A DNA stretch of 64,000 nucleotides from an uncultured Alphaproteobacteria bacterium (GTDB taxonomy: Bacteria; Pseudomonadota; Alphaproteobacteria; Rhizobiales; Xanthobacteraceae), in assembly GCA_963752265.1 (NCBI GenBank), contig CAVVZW010000002.1:5262-69261 (forward strand). Direction: 5' to 3'. A model generated the notes under the pieces. It was not told the origin of the DNA. It searched no databases and was given only the letters and a program-made list of their open reading frames with translations. Positions 49,642 through 58,807 of this stretch are shown here, piece by piece (the first letter of the stretch is position 1; each line of letters opens with the position of its first letter). Both the position numbers and the translations under genes were made by a program.

Positions 49642-51024
49642 TTAGCTGACCGCAGACACGGTCACCCGCAAGCCGTCCTTTGGCTTCGGGATCGGCCACA
49701 TCTGCCAGTCCGGCGTCGTTCCGGCCGGTATCGAGACGCTGAGATTTTGCAGGAAATGCCGCGCAAAGCATTTGGCCTGCATATAGGCGAAATGCAGCCC
49801 GAGGCACATATGCGCGCCGCCACCGAACGGCACAAAGGCGAAGCGATGCCGGCCGCGTTGCGCCTCATCCGTAAAGCGCAAGGGATCGAAGGCGTCGGGA
49901 TCGGGCCAGATTTCCGGCATGCGGTGGGTAAACAGTGGATTCACGCCGACCAGCGTGCCGGCGGGAATATCGTAGCCGCCAAAGCTGAAATCGCGCGTCG
50001 CCCGCCGCGGAATGGATGGCACCGGCGGCCGTAGCCGCATTGCTTCCTTGAACGCCATCTCGGCAAGCGGCATCGCTTCGAGATGATCGAAAGAGGTCGG
50101 CGCGTCAGCCGCAACATCAAGCGCCAGCACCTCCGCGCGCAGCTTCTCTTGCCATTGCGGGTTCTCGGCCAATCCCGCCACAAAAGACGTCAGCGACGAG
50201 GTCAGGGTGTCGTGCGCGGCCATCACCAGAAAACTCATGTGATCGACGATATCCTGAGGCGATAGCAGCGCACCGTCTTCATGGGTGGCGCGGCAGAGCT
50301 GGGAGAACAGGTCTTCGCCGCCTTGGGCACGCCGGATCGGGATCTGCTCGGAGAAGTAGGCAACGATACGGGCGCGGCCTTTGACCCCCCGTGCCATCTG
50401 CGTGCCGGGCAGCGGTTTTCGGATCGGCGCGATGGAGGCGGCGACCATGTCGACAAACGCTTTGGTGATCTCGGCGACTTCGGGGCCGATGCCGGTGCCC
50501 AGGAACGACGTGGCCGCCAGATCGAGCGTCAGTTGTTTCATGGCGGGATAAAACAGCATCTCTCCCGGCCGCTGCCGCCATTGCGTAACGCGCTGTGAAA
50601 TGCCGGCGTCGAGCGCCGCGAGATAAGATTTCATCGGCCCGGACTTGAACGCGACCGACAGCGCGCGCCGGTGCAGGCGATGCTCGTCGAAATCGAGCAG
50701 CATCAGGCCGCGCGGAAACAGGCGGCCCAGAATCGTTCCCCAGCCGTAGGTGGAGGAGAAAAGCCTGCTCTGGTCGAACAGAATGAGCTCATTGGCCTCG
50801 GGCCCCAGCATGGTGATGCTGGTCTCGCCGAGTATGCGGGTGCGGTAGACGGGGCCATACTTCGCCGCCATCCGCTCAACCTCGCCCTTGGGATCGGCGA
50901 GAACCGAAATCGTCCGGCCGATCACGGGCCAGCCTTCGTCACCTGGAATATGCCCCAGCGCCTGGCGGCGGGGCGCTGTGGTCGGGAAAGACGCACTTTG
51001 CATAGACGCACTTTGCAGTGACAT
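49642..51024 (-). CDS. Cytochrome P450
   Basis: AAHDT, EAMR, FDPLRF, FGGGAHMCLG. Confidence 0.95.
   Translation of the reverse strand: MSLQSASMQSASFPTTAPRRQALGHIPGDEGWPVIGRTISVLADPKGEVERMAAKYGPVYRTRILGETSITMLGPEANELILFDQSRLFSSTYGWGTILGRLFPRGLMLLDFDEHRLHRRALSVAFKSGPMKSYLAALDAGISQRVTQWRQRPGEMLFYPAMKQLTLDLAATSFLGTGIGPEVAEITKAFVDMVAASIAPIRKPLPGTQMARGVKGRARIVAYFSEQIPIRRAQGGEDLFSQLCRATHEDGALLSPQDIVDHMSFLVMAAHDTLTSSLTSFVAGLAENPQWQEKLRAEVLALDVAADAPTSFDHLEAMPLAEMAFKEAMRLRPPVPSIPRRATRDFSFGGYDIPAGTLVGVNPLFTHRMPEIWPDPDAFDPLRFTDEAQRGRHRFAFVPFGGGAHMCLGLHFAYMQAKCFARHFLQNLSVSIPAGTTPDWQMWPIPKPKDGLRVTVSAVS
50989..51017. repeat. 15-bp-period duplication in the P450 N-terminus
   Basis: AGACGCACTTTGCA x2; encodes LQSAS-MQSAS. 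Confidence 0.85.
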
Positions 51025-51078
51025 GGCCGTGCTCCATCAAACGTGAACGTACCAAAATACATATATCAAATGCGCTAA

Positions 51079-51863
51079 TTATGCCTTTTGCCGTTTGGCC
51101 GCCTCTTTCAGCAAGTCCGGCGCATTCACCGCCGGAATCGCCACGCGTCCGGGGCCGGTCAGTGGCAGCGCCGCAGCCGCCTTGTCATTCTCCATGATCT
51201 TCGCCCCTTCGCGGCGTCTTCGGCAAAACCCCACTGCGTCGGCAGCGCCATCAGCCCTTGCGTCGACATCGAGCCGAGCGAGATGATTCCGATACCGTAT
51301 TTTCCGGCCAGCGTCATTCCCGATGGCGAGATTTGCGATGCAACCACGAAGGGCATCTCCTCCTGGAGCGGAAGGATCTGCAACGCGGCGTCGTTCATCG
51401 TGAACCAGTCGCTTTTCGCAGTCACCCGTTCGCCGCGAAACAGGCGGCGGATCAGCGCAAGCGCCTCGTCCTGACGGTCGCGCTGCGTCATCGGATCGAT
51501 GCCAAGCGTATGCGCGTCGGACGCCAACGCGCCCGGACCCGAGCCGAAGATGGCGCGGCCACCGGTCATGTGATCAAGCTGCACCATGCGCTGAGCGACG
51601 TTGAAAGGATGATGGTAGGGCAGCGAAATCACGCCGGTGCCGAGCCTGATGCGCTTGGTGCGCTCGCCGGCCGCCGCCAGAAACATTTCCGGCGATGCGA
51701 TCATTTCCCAACCCGACGAGTGATGCTCGCCACACCAGAACTCGTCATAGCCGAGCGCATCAAGCTGCTCGACCAGATCGAGGTCGCGGCGAAATTGCAG
51801 CATCGGGTGCTCGCCGATCGGGTGGTGTGGGGCGAGAAAAGCACCGAATTTAAGGCGAGCCAT
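51079..51863 (-). pseudogene. LLM-class flavin-dependent monooxygenase with an apparent internal deletion and frameshift
   Basis: GEHHS, RLGTGV, GSGPG intact up to WGFAEDAAK; tail AKIMENDKAAAAL...KRQKA* follows directly in another frame. Confidence 0.7.
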
Positions 51864-52059
51864 CGTCGTTCCTCCTTACCGTTCTTCTTGGTTGTTGGAC
51901 ATCAAGTTATGGGCTGGAGGAGCTCAAGGCAACCGGACATCATGCGTACGGCCAGCATCCGTAAAATCGGCCAATTTGATCGAATTTACAGCTCTTTACC
52001 GTTCGGCTAAGAGGACCCTTGGCGTGGCGGCTGACTGGCTTATCGCGATCGAGGTTGGA

Positions 52060-53529
52060 ATGTATTTGAGGCCATCGGATTCTGCTGGGTCCTTGCAGCT
52101 GGCGACGCAGCGCAAGCGCGACCTCGTCGAGCATTTCGAGGCCAATGGCGATGAACTCGAGCGCTGGCGCGAATTCAACGCCGCCTATCACGAAGACGAT
52201 TTCAAGTTCATGCGCTTCCTGATTCCGCCGGGCAAACGCGTGCTGGAACTGGGATGCGGCCGCGGCGATCTCCTGGCGGCGCTGCAACCTTCCTATGGCG
52301 TGGGCGTCGACTTCGGCGCCAAGACCGTCGCCAACGCGAACAAGTTGCATCCCGATCTCTACTTCGTACTCGGCGACGTCGAAGACCCGGCAACCCTGAC
52401 ATCGATCGAGGGACCGTTCGACTACATCGTGATTGCCGACACCATCGGCATGTTCGAGGATATCGATGCGACCTTGCGGCTGGTGCATCACCTGTGCGCA
52501 CCATCCACACGGATCATCATGTCCTACTATTCTCATCTGTGGGAGCCGGTGCTCAAGCTGGCAGAGGCCCTGCATCTGCGGGCCAAGCAGCCAAAGATCA
52601 ACTTCATCGCGACTGCCGACTTCCTCAACCTGATGGATCTGGCGGATTTCGAGGTCATCAGCCAGGAGCAGCGGCAGCTGTTGCCGCGCCGCTGGCTTGG
52701 TCTTGGGCCCTTCATCAACCGCTTCATCGCGCCGTTGCCGGGGATCAGGAAGCTGTGCCTGCGAACCTATCTGGTCGGCCGTCCGGTTCGCAGTTTTCCG
52801 GATCGGAAATTCTCGGCCAGCATCTTGATCCCGTGCCGGAACGAGAGCGGCAATATCGAGGACGCCGTTCGGCGCATGCCGCGATTTGGCGCCTCACAGG
52901 AAATCCTGTTCGTCGAAGGCAATTCCAGCGACAACACCTTTGCCGAATGCGAGCGGGTGCGCGACGCCTACAAGGATAGCTGGGACATCAAGGTCCTCAA
53001 GCAGGAGGGCAAGGGCAAGGGCGACGCGGTGCGCAAGGGTTTTGCCGCAGCCAGCGGCGACGTGCTGATGATACTCGACGCCGATTTGACGATGCCGCCG
53101 GAAGCGTTGCCGAAATTTCACGCGGTCATCGAGACCGGCAAGGCCGAATTCGTCAACGGCACCCGTCTGGTCTATCCGATGGAGCAGGAGGCGATGCGTC
53201 CGCTCAACCTGATCGCCAACCGCTTCTTCGCTTATCTTTTCAGCTATCTCGTCAACACGCGCCTCACCGACACGCTCTGCGGCACGAAGGTACTTCTGCG
53301 CAAGGATTATGAGGCCTTGGCGCGGGAACGCAGCTATTTCGGTAATTTCGATCCGTTCGGCGATTTCGACCTGATCTTCGGCGCAGCGAAACAGAATCTG
53401 AAAATTGTCGAGACGCCGATCCACTATAAAGCCCGCACGTTTGGCGAGACCCAGATCTCACGCTTCCGCGACGGCTGGCTGTTGTTGAAAATGGTCTGGT
53501 TTGCCTATCGCAAATTGAAAGCGATCTGA
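52060..53529 (+). CDS. Bifunctional class I SAM methyltransferase / GT2 glycosyltransferase
   Basis: VLELGCGRG; IPCRNE, GKGDAVRKG, DAD, DTLCGTK. Confidence 0.9.
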   Translation: MYLRPSDSAGSLQLATQRKRDLVEHFEANGDELERWREFNAAYHEDDFKFMRFLIPPGKRVLELGCGRGDLLAALQPSYGVGVDFGAKTVANANKLHPDLYFVLGDVEDPATLTSIEGPFDYIVIADTIGMFEDIDATLRLVHHLCAPSTRIIMSYYSHLWEPVLKLAEALHLRAKQPKINFIATADFLNLMDLADFEVISQEQRQLLPRRWLGLGPFINRFIAPLPGIRKLCLRTYLVGRPVRSFPDRKFSASILIPCRNESGNIEDAVRRMPRFGASQEILFVEGNSSDNTFAECERVRDAYKDSWDIKVLKQEGKGKGDAVRKGFAAASGDVLMILDADLTMPPEALPKFHAVIETGKAEFVNGTRLVYPMEQEAMRPLNLIANRFFAYLFSYLVNTRLTDTLCGTKVLLRKDYEALARERSYFGNFDPFGDFDLIFGAAKQNLKIVETPIHYKARTFGETQISRFRDGWLLLKMVWFAYRKLKAI

Positions 53530-53651
53530 CCTTCCGGTGCCACGCTGTGCCGCGCACCTGCCGCATTTCAGTTCCCGCTGCGTTACGTGCTTTGTTCCGT
53601 CGAAACTTGATAAATATTTCTGAGGACTGACAGCACACGGTCTTTTTATTT

Positions 53652-53663
53652 TGCAGTGCAGCA
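53652..53663 (+). promoter_or_regulatory. PhaR-like box upstream of the PHB depolymerase gene
   Basis: TGCAGTGCAGCA fits TGCRNYGCASMA. Confidence 0.6.
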
Positions 53664-53711
53664 ATTATGTGGTTTGCGGTACGTTCCGCTTTTCCGGGCC
53701 AAGGAGCAGCC

Positions 53712-54947
53712 GTGTCGCTTTCCAAGAATATTGAGTTCCTGCGCCAACTGCCCCGTTTGCCTGGAATGAACGCGTGGGATGGCCTTAACCATCTTTCGCC
53801 AGCGGCAACCCGCGGCCCTTTGGTGGAAACGAAGCAATTCGGCACCAATCCGGGCGACTTGCGGATGTTTTCCTATGTGCCGCCAGGCTTGCCGCCTTCG
53901 GCGGCGCTGGTTGTCGTCCTGCATGGCTGCGGACAGACCGCCGCCGGTTACGATGCCGGCACCGGGTGGTCGACGCTTGCGAAACATTACGGCTTTGCGT
54001 TGCTGATGCCCGAGCAACAGGCAACCAACAACGCGCACACCTGTTTCAACTGGTTCAATCCGGAAGACACCGCACGCGGCCAAGGCGAAGCTTGCTCTAT
54101 CAGGCAGATGATCGCACGGATGGTGAGCCAGCACAGGATCGACAAACATCGCATTTTCGTCACCGGGCTCTCCGCGGGCGGCGCGATGACCTCGGTTATG
54201 CTTGCCACCTATCCTGAAGTTTTTGCGGCCGGCGCTGTTATCGCCGGATTGCCGTACGGGATCGCGACCAATGTACGGGAAGCCCTAAGCGGCATGTTGC
54301 GTTCGCCTGCGCGTTCACCCCATGAGTTGGGCAACCTGGTGCGTACCGCTTCAAAACATCGCGGTCCCTGGCCGAAGGTTTCGATATGGCACGGCAGCGC
54401 CGACCGTACGGTCAACCCCGCCAATGCCGACGAGATCGTCAAGCAATGGCTGGACGTCCATCAACTGTCTTCCAATCCGATGTCGGAAGGCATGGTCGAT
54501 GGCTATCCGCACCAGGTCTGGTGGAATACCGATGGCGAAACGGTCGTCGAGTCCTATTCCATCACCGATATGGCTCACGGCACGCCGCTTGGAAAAGCAG
54601 AGAACGACGAGCGATATGGCAAGGAAGGCCCGTTTCTGATCGAGGCCGGAATCTCATCCTCCCATCACATCGCGAACTTCTTCGGATTGACCTCCGGAAT
54701 TCATCAACCTGAAAAGGTGGCCAAACCGGTGTCGCGCGCGGCCGCGGAATCGCCGAGTGCGAAGTTGATCCCGCTTGCTTCCCCGATCTCACCGCCCGTC
54801 CCCAACCTCAACAATTTGTTGCGGCCGCTGGCGGCGGCGAAACCGTCCCCCACGCCTCCGGCGAAGCCACAAGCCAAGCCAGGCGGCGGATTCGATGTCG
54901 GCGCCGTCATCACCCGTGCTTTGACTGCCGCGGGTCTGATGAAATAG
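53712..54947 (+). CDS. PHB depolymerase-family esterase
   Basis: LHGCGQ, CFNWF, GLSAG, WHGSADRTV, MAHG; GTG start after AAGGAG. Confidence 0.88.
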   Translation: MSLSKNIEFLRQLPRLPGMNAWDGLNHLSPAATRGPLVETKQFGTNPGDLRMFSYVPPGLPPSAALVVVLHGCGQTAAGYDAGTGWSTLAKHYGFALLMPEQQATNNAHTCFNWFNPEDTARGQGEACSIRQMIARMVSQHRIDKHRIFVTGLSAGGAMTSVMLATYPEVFAAGAVIAGLPYGIATNVREALSGMLRSPARSPHELGNLVRTASKHRGPWPKVSIWHGSADRTVNPANADEIVKQWLDVHQLSSNPMSEGMVDGYPHQVWWNTDGETVVESYSITDMAHGTPLGKAENDERYGKEGPFLIEAGISSSHHIANFFGLTSGIHQPEKVAKPVSRAAAESPSAKLIPLASPISPPVPNLNNLLRPLAAAKPSPTPPAKPQAKPGGGFDVGAVITRALTAAGLMK

Positions 54948-54965
54948 AAGGCGCCGCTTTCTCGC

Positions 54966-55634
54966 TTACATCTCGCCCGTGAGGAATGGATTGGTCATCC
55001 GCTCGTGGCCGATCCGGGAGCCAGGTCCGTGCCCACAGATGAAACCAACGTCGTCACCAAGCGGCAATAGCTTCGTCTTGATCGAGTTGATCAGCGTGGC
55101 GTGATCGCCGCCGGGCAAATCGGTGCGTCCGACCGAGCCGTTGAACAGGACATCGCCGACATGGGCGAAGCGCATTTCCTGATTGAAAAACACTACACTG
55201 CCGGGCGAATGACCGGGGCAAAACAAGATGTCGAACGTCAATTCGCCGACTGAAACCTGATTGCCTTCTTCGAGCCAGCGATCCGGCGCAAAGTTACGTA
55301 CGCCGGTCATGCCGAACCGCGCGCCGCTCGTCACCACATTGTCGAGCAGATATTTGTCGGCGATGTGCGGACCTTCGATTTCAACCTTGAGCGCGTCGCG
55401 CAAATCGGCCGCGCCGCCGACGTGGTCGATATGACCATGGGTGAGCCAGATCTTCTCGACCGTGACATCGGCTTGTTTGATCGCGGACTGAATTTTCGGA
55501 ACGTCCCCGCCAGGATCGATGACCGCGGCCTTTCGCGTCGCCGTACACCAAATCAAGGTGCAATTCTGCTCAAACGCCGTCACGGGGATGATCATCGCCC
55601 CCGCCTTCGCTTTGGTCTCGGATTGCTCTGCCAT
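54966..55634 (-). CDS. MBL-fold metallohydrolase (glyoxalase II-like)
   Basis: THGHIDH, PGHSPG, GDVLF, GHG. Confidence 0.92.
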   Translation of the reverse strand: MAEQSETKAKAGAMIIPVTAFEQNCTLIWCTATRKAAVIDPGGDVPKIQSAIKQADVTVEKIWLTHGHIDHVGGAADLRDALKVEIEGPHIADKYLLDNVVTSGARFGMTGVRNFAPDRWLEEGNQVSVGELTFDILFCPGHSPGSVVFFNQEMRFAHVGDVLFNGSVGRTDLPGGDHATLINSIKTKLLPLGDDVGFICGHGPGSRIGHERMTNPFLTGEM

Positions 55635-55815
55635 GGAAAACACAAAGCCGATTTTTCGTATTCCGCCAAGGAAAAATTCAAGGATGCGCGAAAAGTTCGG
55701 GGAGTTGGCGCAGGAACCCGGCCGAACCGACCGCTCCCCTGAAAGAAAGATTTCCTGCACGATCCGTCATCAGACGCATTGCTCCTGTTTTGAGCCGCGT
55801 TCTATGCTTCGGGTC

Positions 55816-56301
55816 ATGGAATCGCCCGCCCCGAAAATCGCCCTCGTGCCCGCGCCGGACCGCCGCCAATCCGAGACGGCGCTGGCCGTTGCGCGCGGCA
55901 CCGCGCGGCTGTTGCATTCGCTGGGCTTTGCCTGCATCAGCGAGTTGCCGCTGCCTTCGGGCCGGCGCGCCGATCTCGTGGCCATCAATGCACGTGGTGA
56001 GATCTGGATCGTCGAGATCAAGTCATCGATCGAGGACTTGCGCGCCGACCAGAAATGGCCGGAATACCGCGCTCATTGCGACCGGCTGTTCTTTGCTTTC
56101 ACGCAAGCTTTGCCTTGCGAAATTTTTCCCGATGAGACCGGGCTGATCATTGCCGACGCTTATGGTGCACACCTTGAACGGCCGGCGCCGGAGCATCGGC
56201 TACCGGCAGCAACCCGAAAATCGATGACGGTGCGGTTTGCGTTGGCCGCGGCGCAGCGGATTAGCCGTCTGGTTGATCCGCAAGGCCACGCGGAGCCGTA
56301 G
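55816..56301 (+). CDS. mmcB: MmcB family DNA repair nuclease
   Basis: GRRADL, VEIKSS, DQKWPEY, CDRLFFA, ADAYGA. Confidence 0.85.
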   Translation: MESPAPKIALVPAPDRRQSETALAVARGTARLLHSLGFACISELPLPSGRRADLVAINARGEIWIVEIKSSIEDLRADQKWPEYRAHCDRLFFAFTQALPCEIFPDETGLIIADAYGAHLERPAPEHRLPAATRKSMTVRFALAAAQRISRLVDPQGHAEP

Positions 56302-56794
56302 AGGCAACACCCGCGGTCGGACGCGAGAGTTCGCGCCCAAGATATTTCTCGACCTGCCGCCGCTCCCACTCACCGTTCAGGAAGGGAACACGGTCGAAAA
56401 CGCGCAGACCGTGGATCAGAAGGCCGATGCCCCAGCCCGACGCGGACCACAGGAACCAAAGATAGTGATGGGACGTCATCAGGTTCACGATGGCGAGGAA
56501 ACTGATCACGATGCAATACAGCGCCAGGTTAAGATAAAACCCCTTGAGTTTGCGCACATGCGCCAGTGCCAGCGCTTCATCGGCGGAAAGGCTTTGACTT
56601 ATCGCTGAATTCATTTCCGGCTCCTTCAGATCAGAAAAATCGATCTCAAAGGCGGCCCCCAATGCTTTCAAGGATTCGACGCTCGCGGTTTGCCCGCGTT
56701 CGAGACGTTGAATTGTGCGGACGCTCAACCCGCTCACCTCGGCCAATTGTTCCTGAGACCAGCCGCGTTGCAGCCTGAGCTTCTGAATCAGCAT
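56261..56794 (-). CDS. XRE helix-turn-helix + 2TM domain protein
   Basis: RLQRGWSQEQLAEVSGLSVRTIQRLE; KGFY...WGIGLLIHG...WERRQVEK; 3' end uncertain. Confidence 0.88.
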   Translation of the reverse strand: MLIQKLRLQRGWSQEQLAEVSGLSVRTIQRLERGQTASVESLKALGAAFEIDFSDLKEPEMNSAISQSLSADEALALAHVRKLKGFYLNLALYCIVISFLAIVNLMTSHHYLWFLWSASGWGIGLLIHGLRVFDRVPFLNGEWERRQVEKYLGRELSRPTAGVASTAPRGLADQPDG

Positions 56795-56845
56795 TTGAGA
56801 CCCCTCGATCGACCGCCACAAAATGCGCCGGAATAGGCCGCCTAA

Positions 56846-56900
56846 CCACGCCAGCGACCCGTCACTGGCCCGCCAAGCACCCGACTTCGGCACGCCAGCA
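56846..56900. repeat. Five degenerate direct repeats with 11-bp period
   Basis: CCACGCCAGCG/ACCCGTCACTG/GCCCGCCAAGC/ACCCGACTTCG/GCACGCCAGCA. Confidence 0.6.
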
Positions 56901-56964
56901 TGGCGACGCGCCGATGGCGGGCCCAAAACGAGTAGCCAAAGCCTTACAAACTTGAGCGGCAGAC

Positions 56965-56986
56965 CGGGGGTTTGTCCATACCCCCG
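56965..56986 (-). terminator. Hairpin just after the regA stop
   Basis: CGGGGGT-N8-ACCCCCG; no U-tract. Confidence 0.35.
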
Positions 56987-56994
56987 AAAACGGA

Positions 56995-57549
56995 TCAGCG
57001 CGGCGCGCGCTTGGCGAGGATACGCTGCAGGGTGCGGCGGTGCATGTTCAGCCGCCGCGCGGTCTCCGAGACGTTGCGGTTGCACATCTCGTAAATGCGC
57101 TGGATGTGCTCCCAGCGCACGCGGTCCGCCGACATCGGGTTACTCGGCAGTTCGGACTTCTGGTTGCCGCTGGCGAGCAGCGCCGACACCACATCGTCGG
57201 CGTCGGCCGGTTTTGACAAATAATCCACCGCGCCGAGTTTCACCGCGGTGACGGCGGTCGCGATATTGCCGTAGCCGGTAAGAACAATCGCGCGCGCATC
57301 GGGGCGCTTGCGTTTCAGGGCGGACACGACGTCCAGTCCATTGCCGTCGCCGAGCCGCAAATCCACCACTGCAAAGGCAGGCGCTGCCTTGGCGATCTGG
57401 GTCAGGCCTTCAGCCACACTGTCGCAAGATGTCACCGCAAAGCCCCGCGTTTCCATGGCTCGCGCAAGGCGCTCCAGAAAAGGCTTGTCGTCCTCCACGA
57501 TCAGGAGCGAACGATCGGTGTGCCCGGCCAGTTCAGCAATAGCGTTCAA
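56995..57549 (-). CDS. regA: RegA/PrrA/ActR/RegR redox response regulator
   Basis: WEHIQRIYEMCNRNVSETARRLNMHRRTLQRILAKRAPR. Confidence 0.97.
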   Translation of the reverse strand: MNAIAELAGHTDRSLLIVEDDKPFLERLARAMETRGFAVTSCDSVAEGLTQIAKAAPAFAVVDLRLGDGNGLDVVSALKRKRPDARAIVLTGYGNIATAVTAVKLGAVDYLSKPADADDVVSALLASGNQKSELPSNPMSADRVRWEHIQRIYEMCNRNVSETARRLNMHRRTLQRILAKRAPR

Positions 57550-57644
57550 GATAACGCGTCCTTTCCATGCAACCCATCAACATATGGCGTCGGCCCCGGC
57601 GCTGCCAAGGCCGCTTTTGGTCGATTTTACCACCTTCCGCGGGC

Positions 57645-58805
57645 TCAGGCGGGTTCCGTGGCCGGTTCCTTAACCTCGAAACGGCTTCGCGGCCAAACGA
57701 TCCGCACGACAGCGCCGTGATCCGGAAATACGCGGTTGGTGAAGGAGACCTTGGCCCCGGTACGTTCCAGCAATGTGCGGGCGATGAACACGCCGAGACC
57801 GAGGCCGCTGCGCGCGCCCTGCGCTTCTTCGGTTTCGCGCCGCCGCGACAGATAGGGCTCACCGATGCGCTTGAGCAGATCGGGCGCAATTCCCGGCCCG
57901 TCGTCGGAAATGACGATTTCAACGGTCTCGGCATCCCACCAGGCATTCACTTCCACGCTGTTGCGGGCAAAATCGACGGCGTTCTCCAGGATGTTGCCGA
58001 CACCGTAAATAATCGCCGGATTTCGTGCCCCGGTTGGCTCGGACGTGCCGGAAACCGCGATACGCACCTTGATCGCGACGCCGAAATCGCGATGCGGCGC
58101 CACGGTCTCCTCGATCAGCGCGGACAGGGGCATCCGGTCGAACGGCGCGCCGGTTGAAGAGAGCTGCGTGATCTTGGCGAGAATGTCGCGGCAGCGCTGG
58201 GCTTGTTCCCGCAACATCTTGATGTCGGCCGAAAACTGCGGCTTGTCGTTAACGCCCTGCTCGAGTTCGCGCGAAATCAGGAAGATCGTCGACAGCGGCG
58301 TGCCCAGTTCGTGCGCGGCCGCAGCCGCCAGGCCATCGAGCTGGGTCAAATGTTGTTCCCGCGCCAGCACAAGCTCGGTCGCCGCAAGCGCATCGGACAA
58401 TTTACGCGCCTCTTCCGCGACCTGAAACGCATAGAGACTGGTGACCCCGATCGCGACCACAATCGAAAGCCAGACGCCGAACAGATAGATGAGCGGCAGC
58501 ACCAGGGGATCGTCACTATCCCAGGGCAGCGGGAAGAAAAAGAACACGAGAACGGAGGCAGAGGCCACCGCGAGCATCCCGAGCCCGATGGTGAAGCGGA
58601 TCGGCAGCGCGGTGGCCGAGATCAGAACCGGGGCCAGAAACAGGAATGAGAACGGATTTTGCAAACCTCCGGTGAAGAACAACAGCCCGGCGAGTTCGAT
58701 GATGTTCAGCGCCAGTAGCCCCGCCGCGAACGGCGGCTCGAGCCGCTCCATCGGGTTGAACCAGAGCTGAAGCGTGAGATTCAAAAGAGCGGAAAAGCCG
58801 ACAAT
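57645..58805 (-). CDS. regB: RegB/PrrB/RegS sensor kinase, 5' end missing
   Basis: GGLQNPF, AHELGTPL, QRCR, NAVDFA, DDGPG; frame extends to IVGFSALL at 58805 and then homology ends. Confidence 0.9.
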   Translation of the reverse strand: MVGFSALLNLTLQLWFNPMERLEPPFAAGLLALNIIELAGLLFFTGGLQNPFSFLFLAPVLISATALPIRFTIGLGMLAVASASVLVFFFFPLPWDSDDPLVLPLIYLFGVWLSIVVAIGVTSLYAFQVAEEARKLSDALAATELVLAREQHLTQLDGLAAAAAHELGTPLSTIFLISRELEQGVNDKPQFSADIKMLREQAQRCRDILAKITQLSSTGAPFDRMPLSALIEETVAPHRDFGVAIKVRIAVSGTSEPTGARNPAIIYGVGNILENAVDFARNSVEVNAWWDAETVEIVISDDGPGIAPDLLKRIGEPYLSRRRETEEAQGARSGLGLGVFIARTLLERTGAKVSFTNRVFPDHGAVVRIVWPRSRFEVKEPATEPA

Positions 58806-58807
58806 GG

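Noticed and set aside
48379-50034. Long alternative-frame ORFs (e.g. 551 aa here; also 8-673, 1087-2247, 19204-20289)
   Set aside because: Shadow ORFs of GC-rich genes with no recognisable motifs, overlapping well-supported CDSs.
55695-55803. LexA box upstream of mmcB
   Set aside because: Only GAAC-N6-GAAC and other mis-spaced matches; canonical GTTC-N7-GTTC not found.
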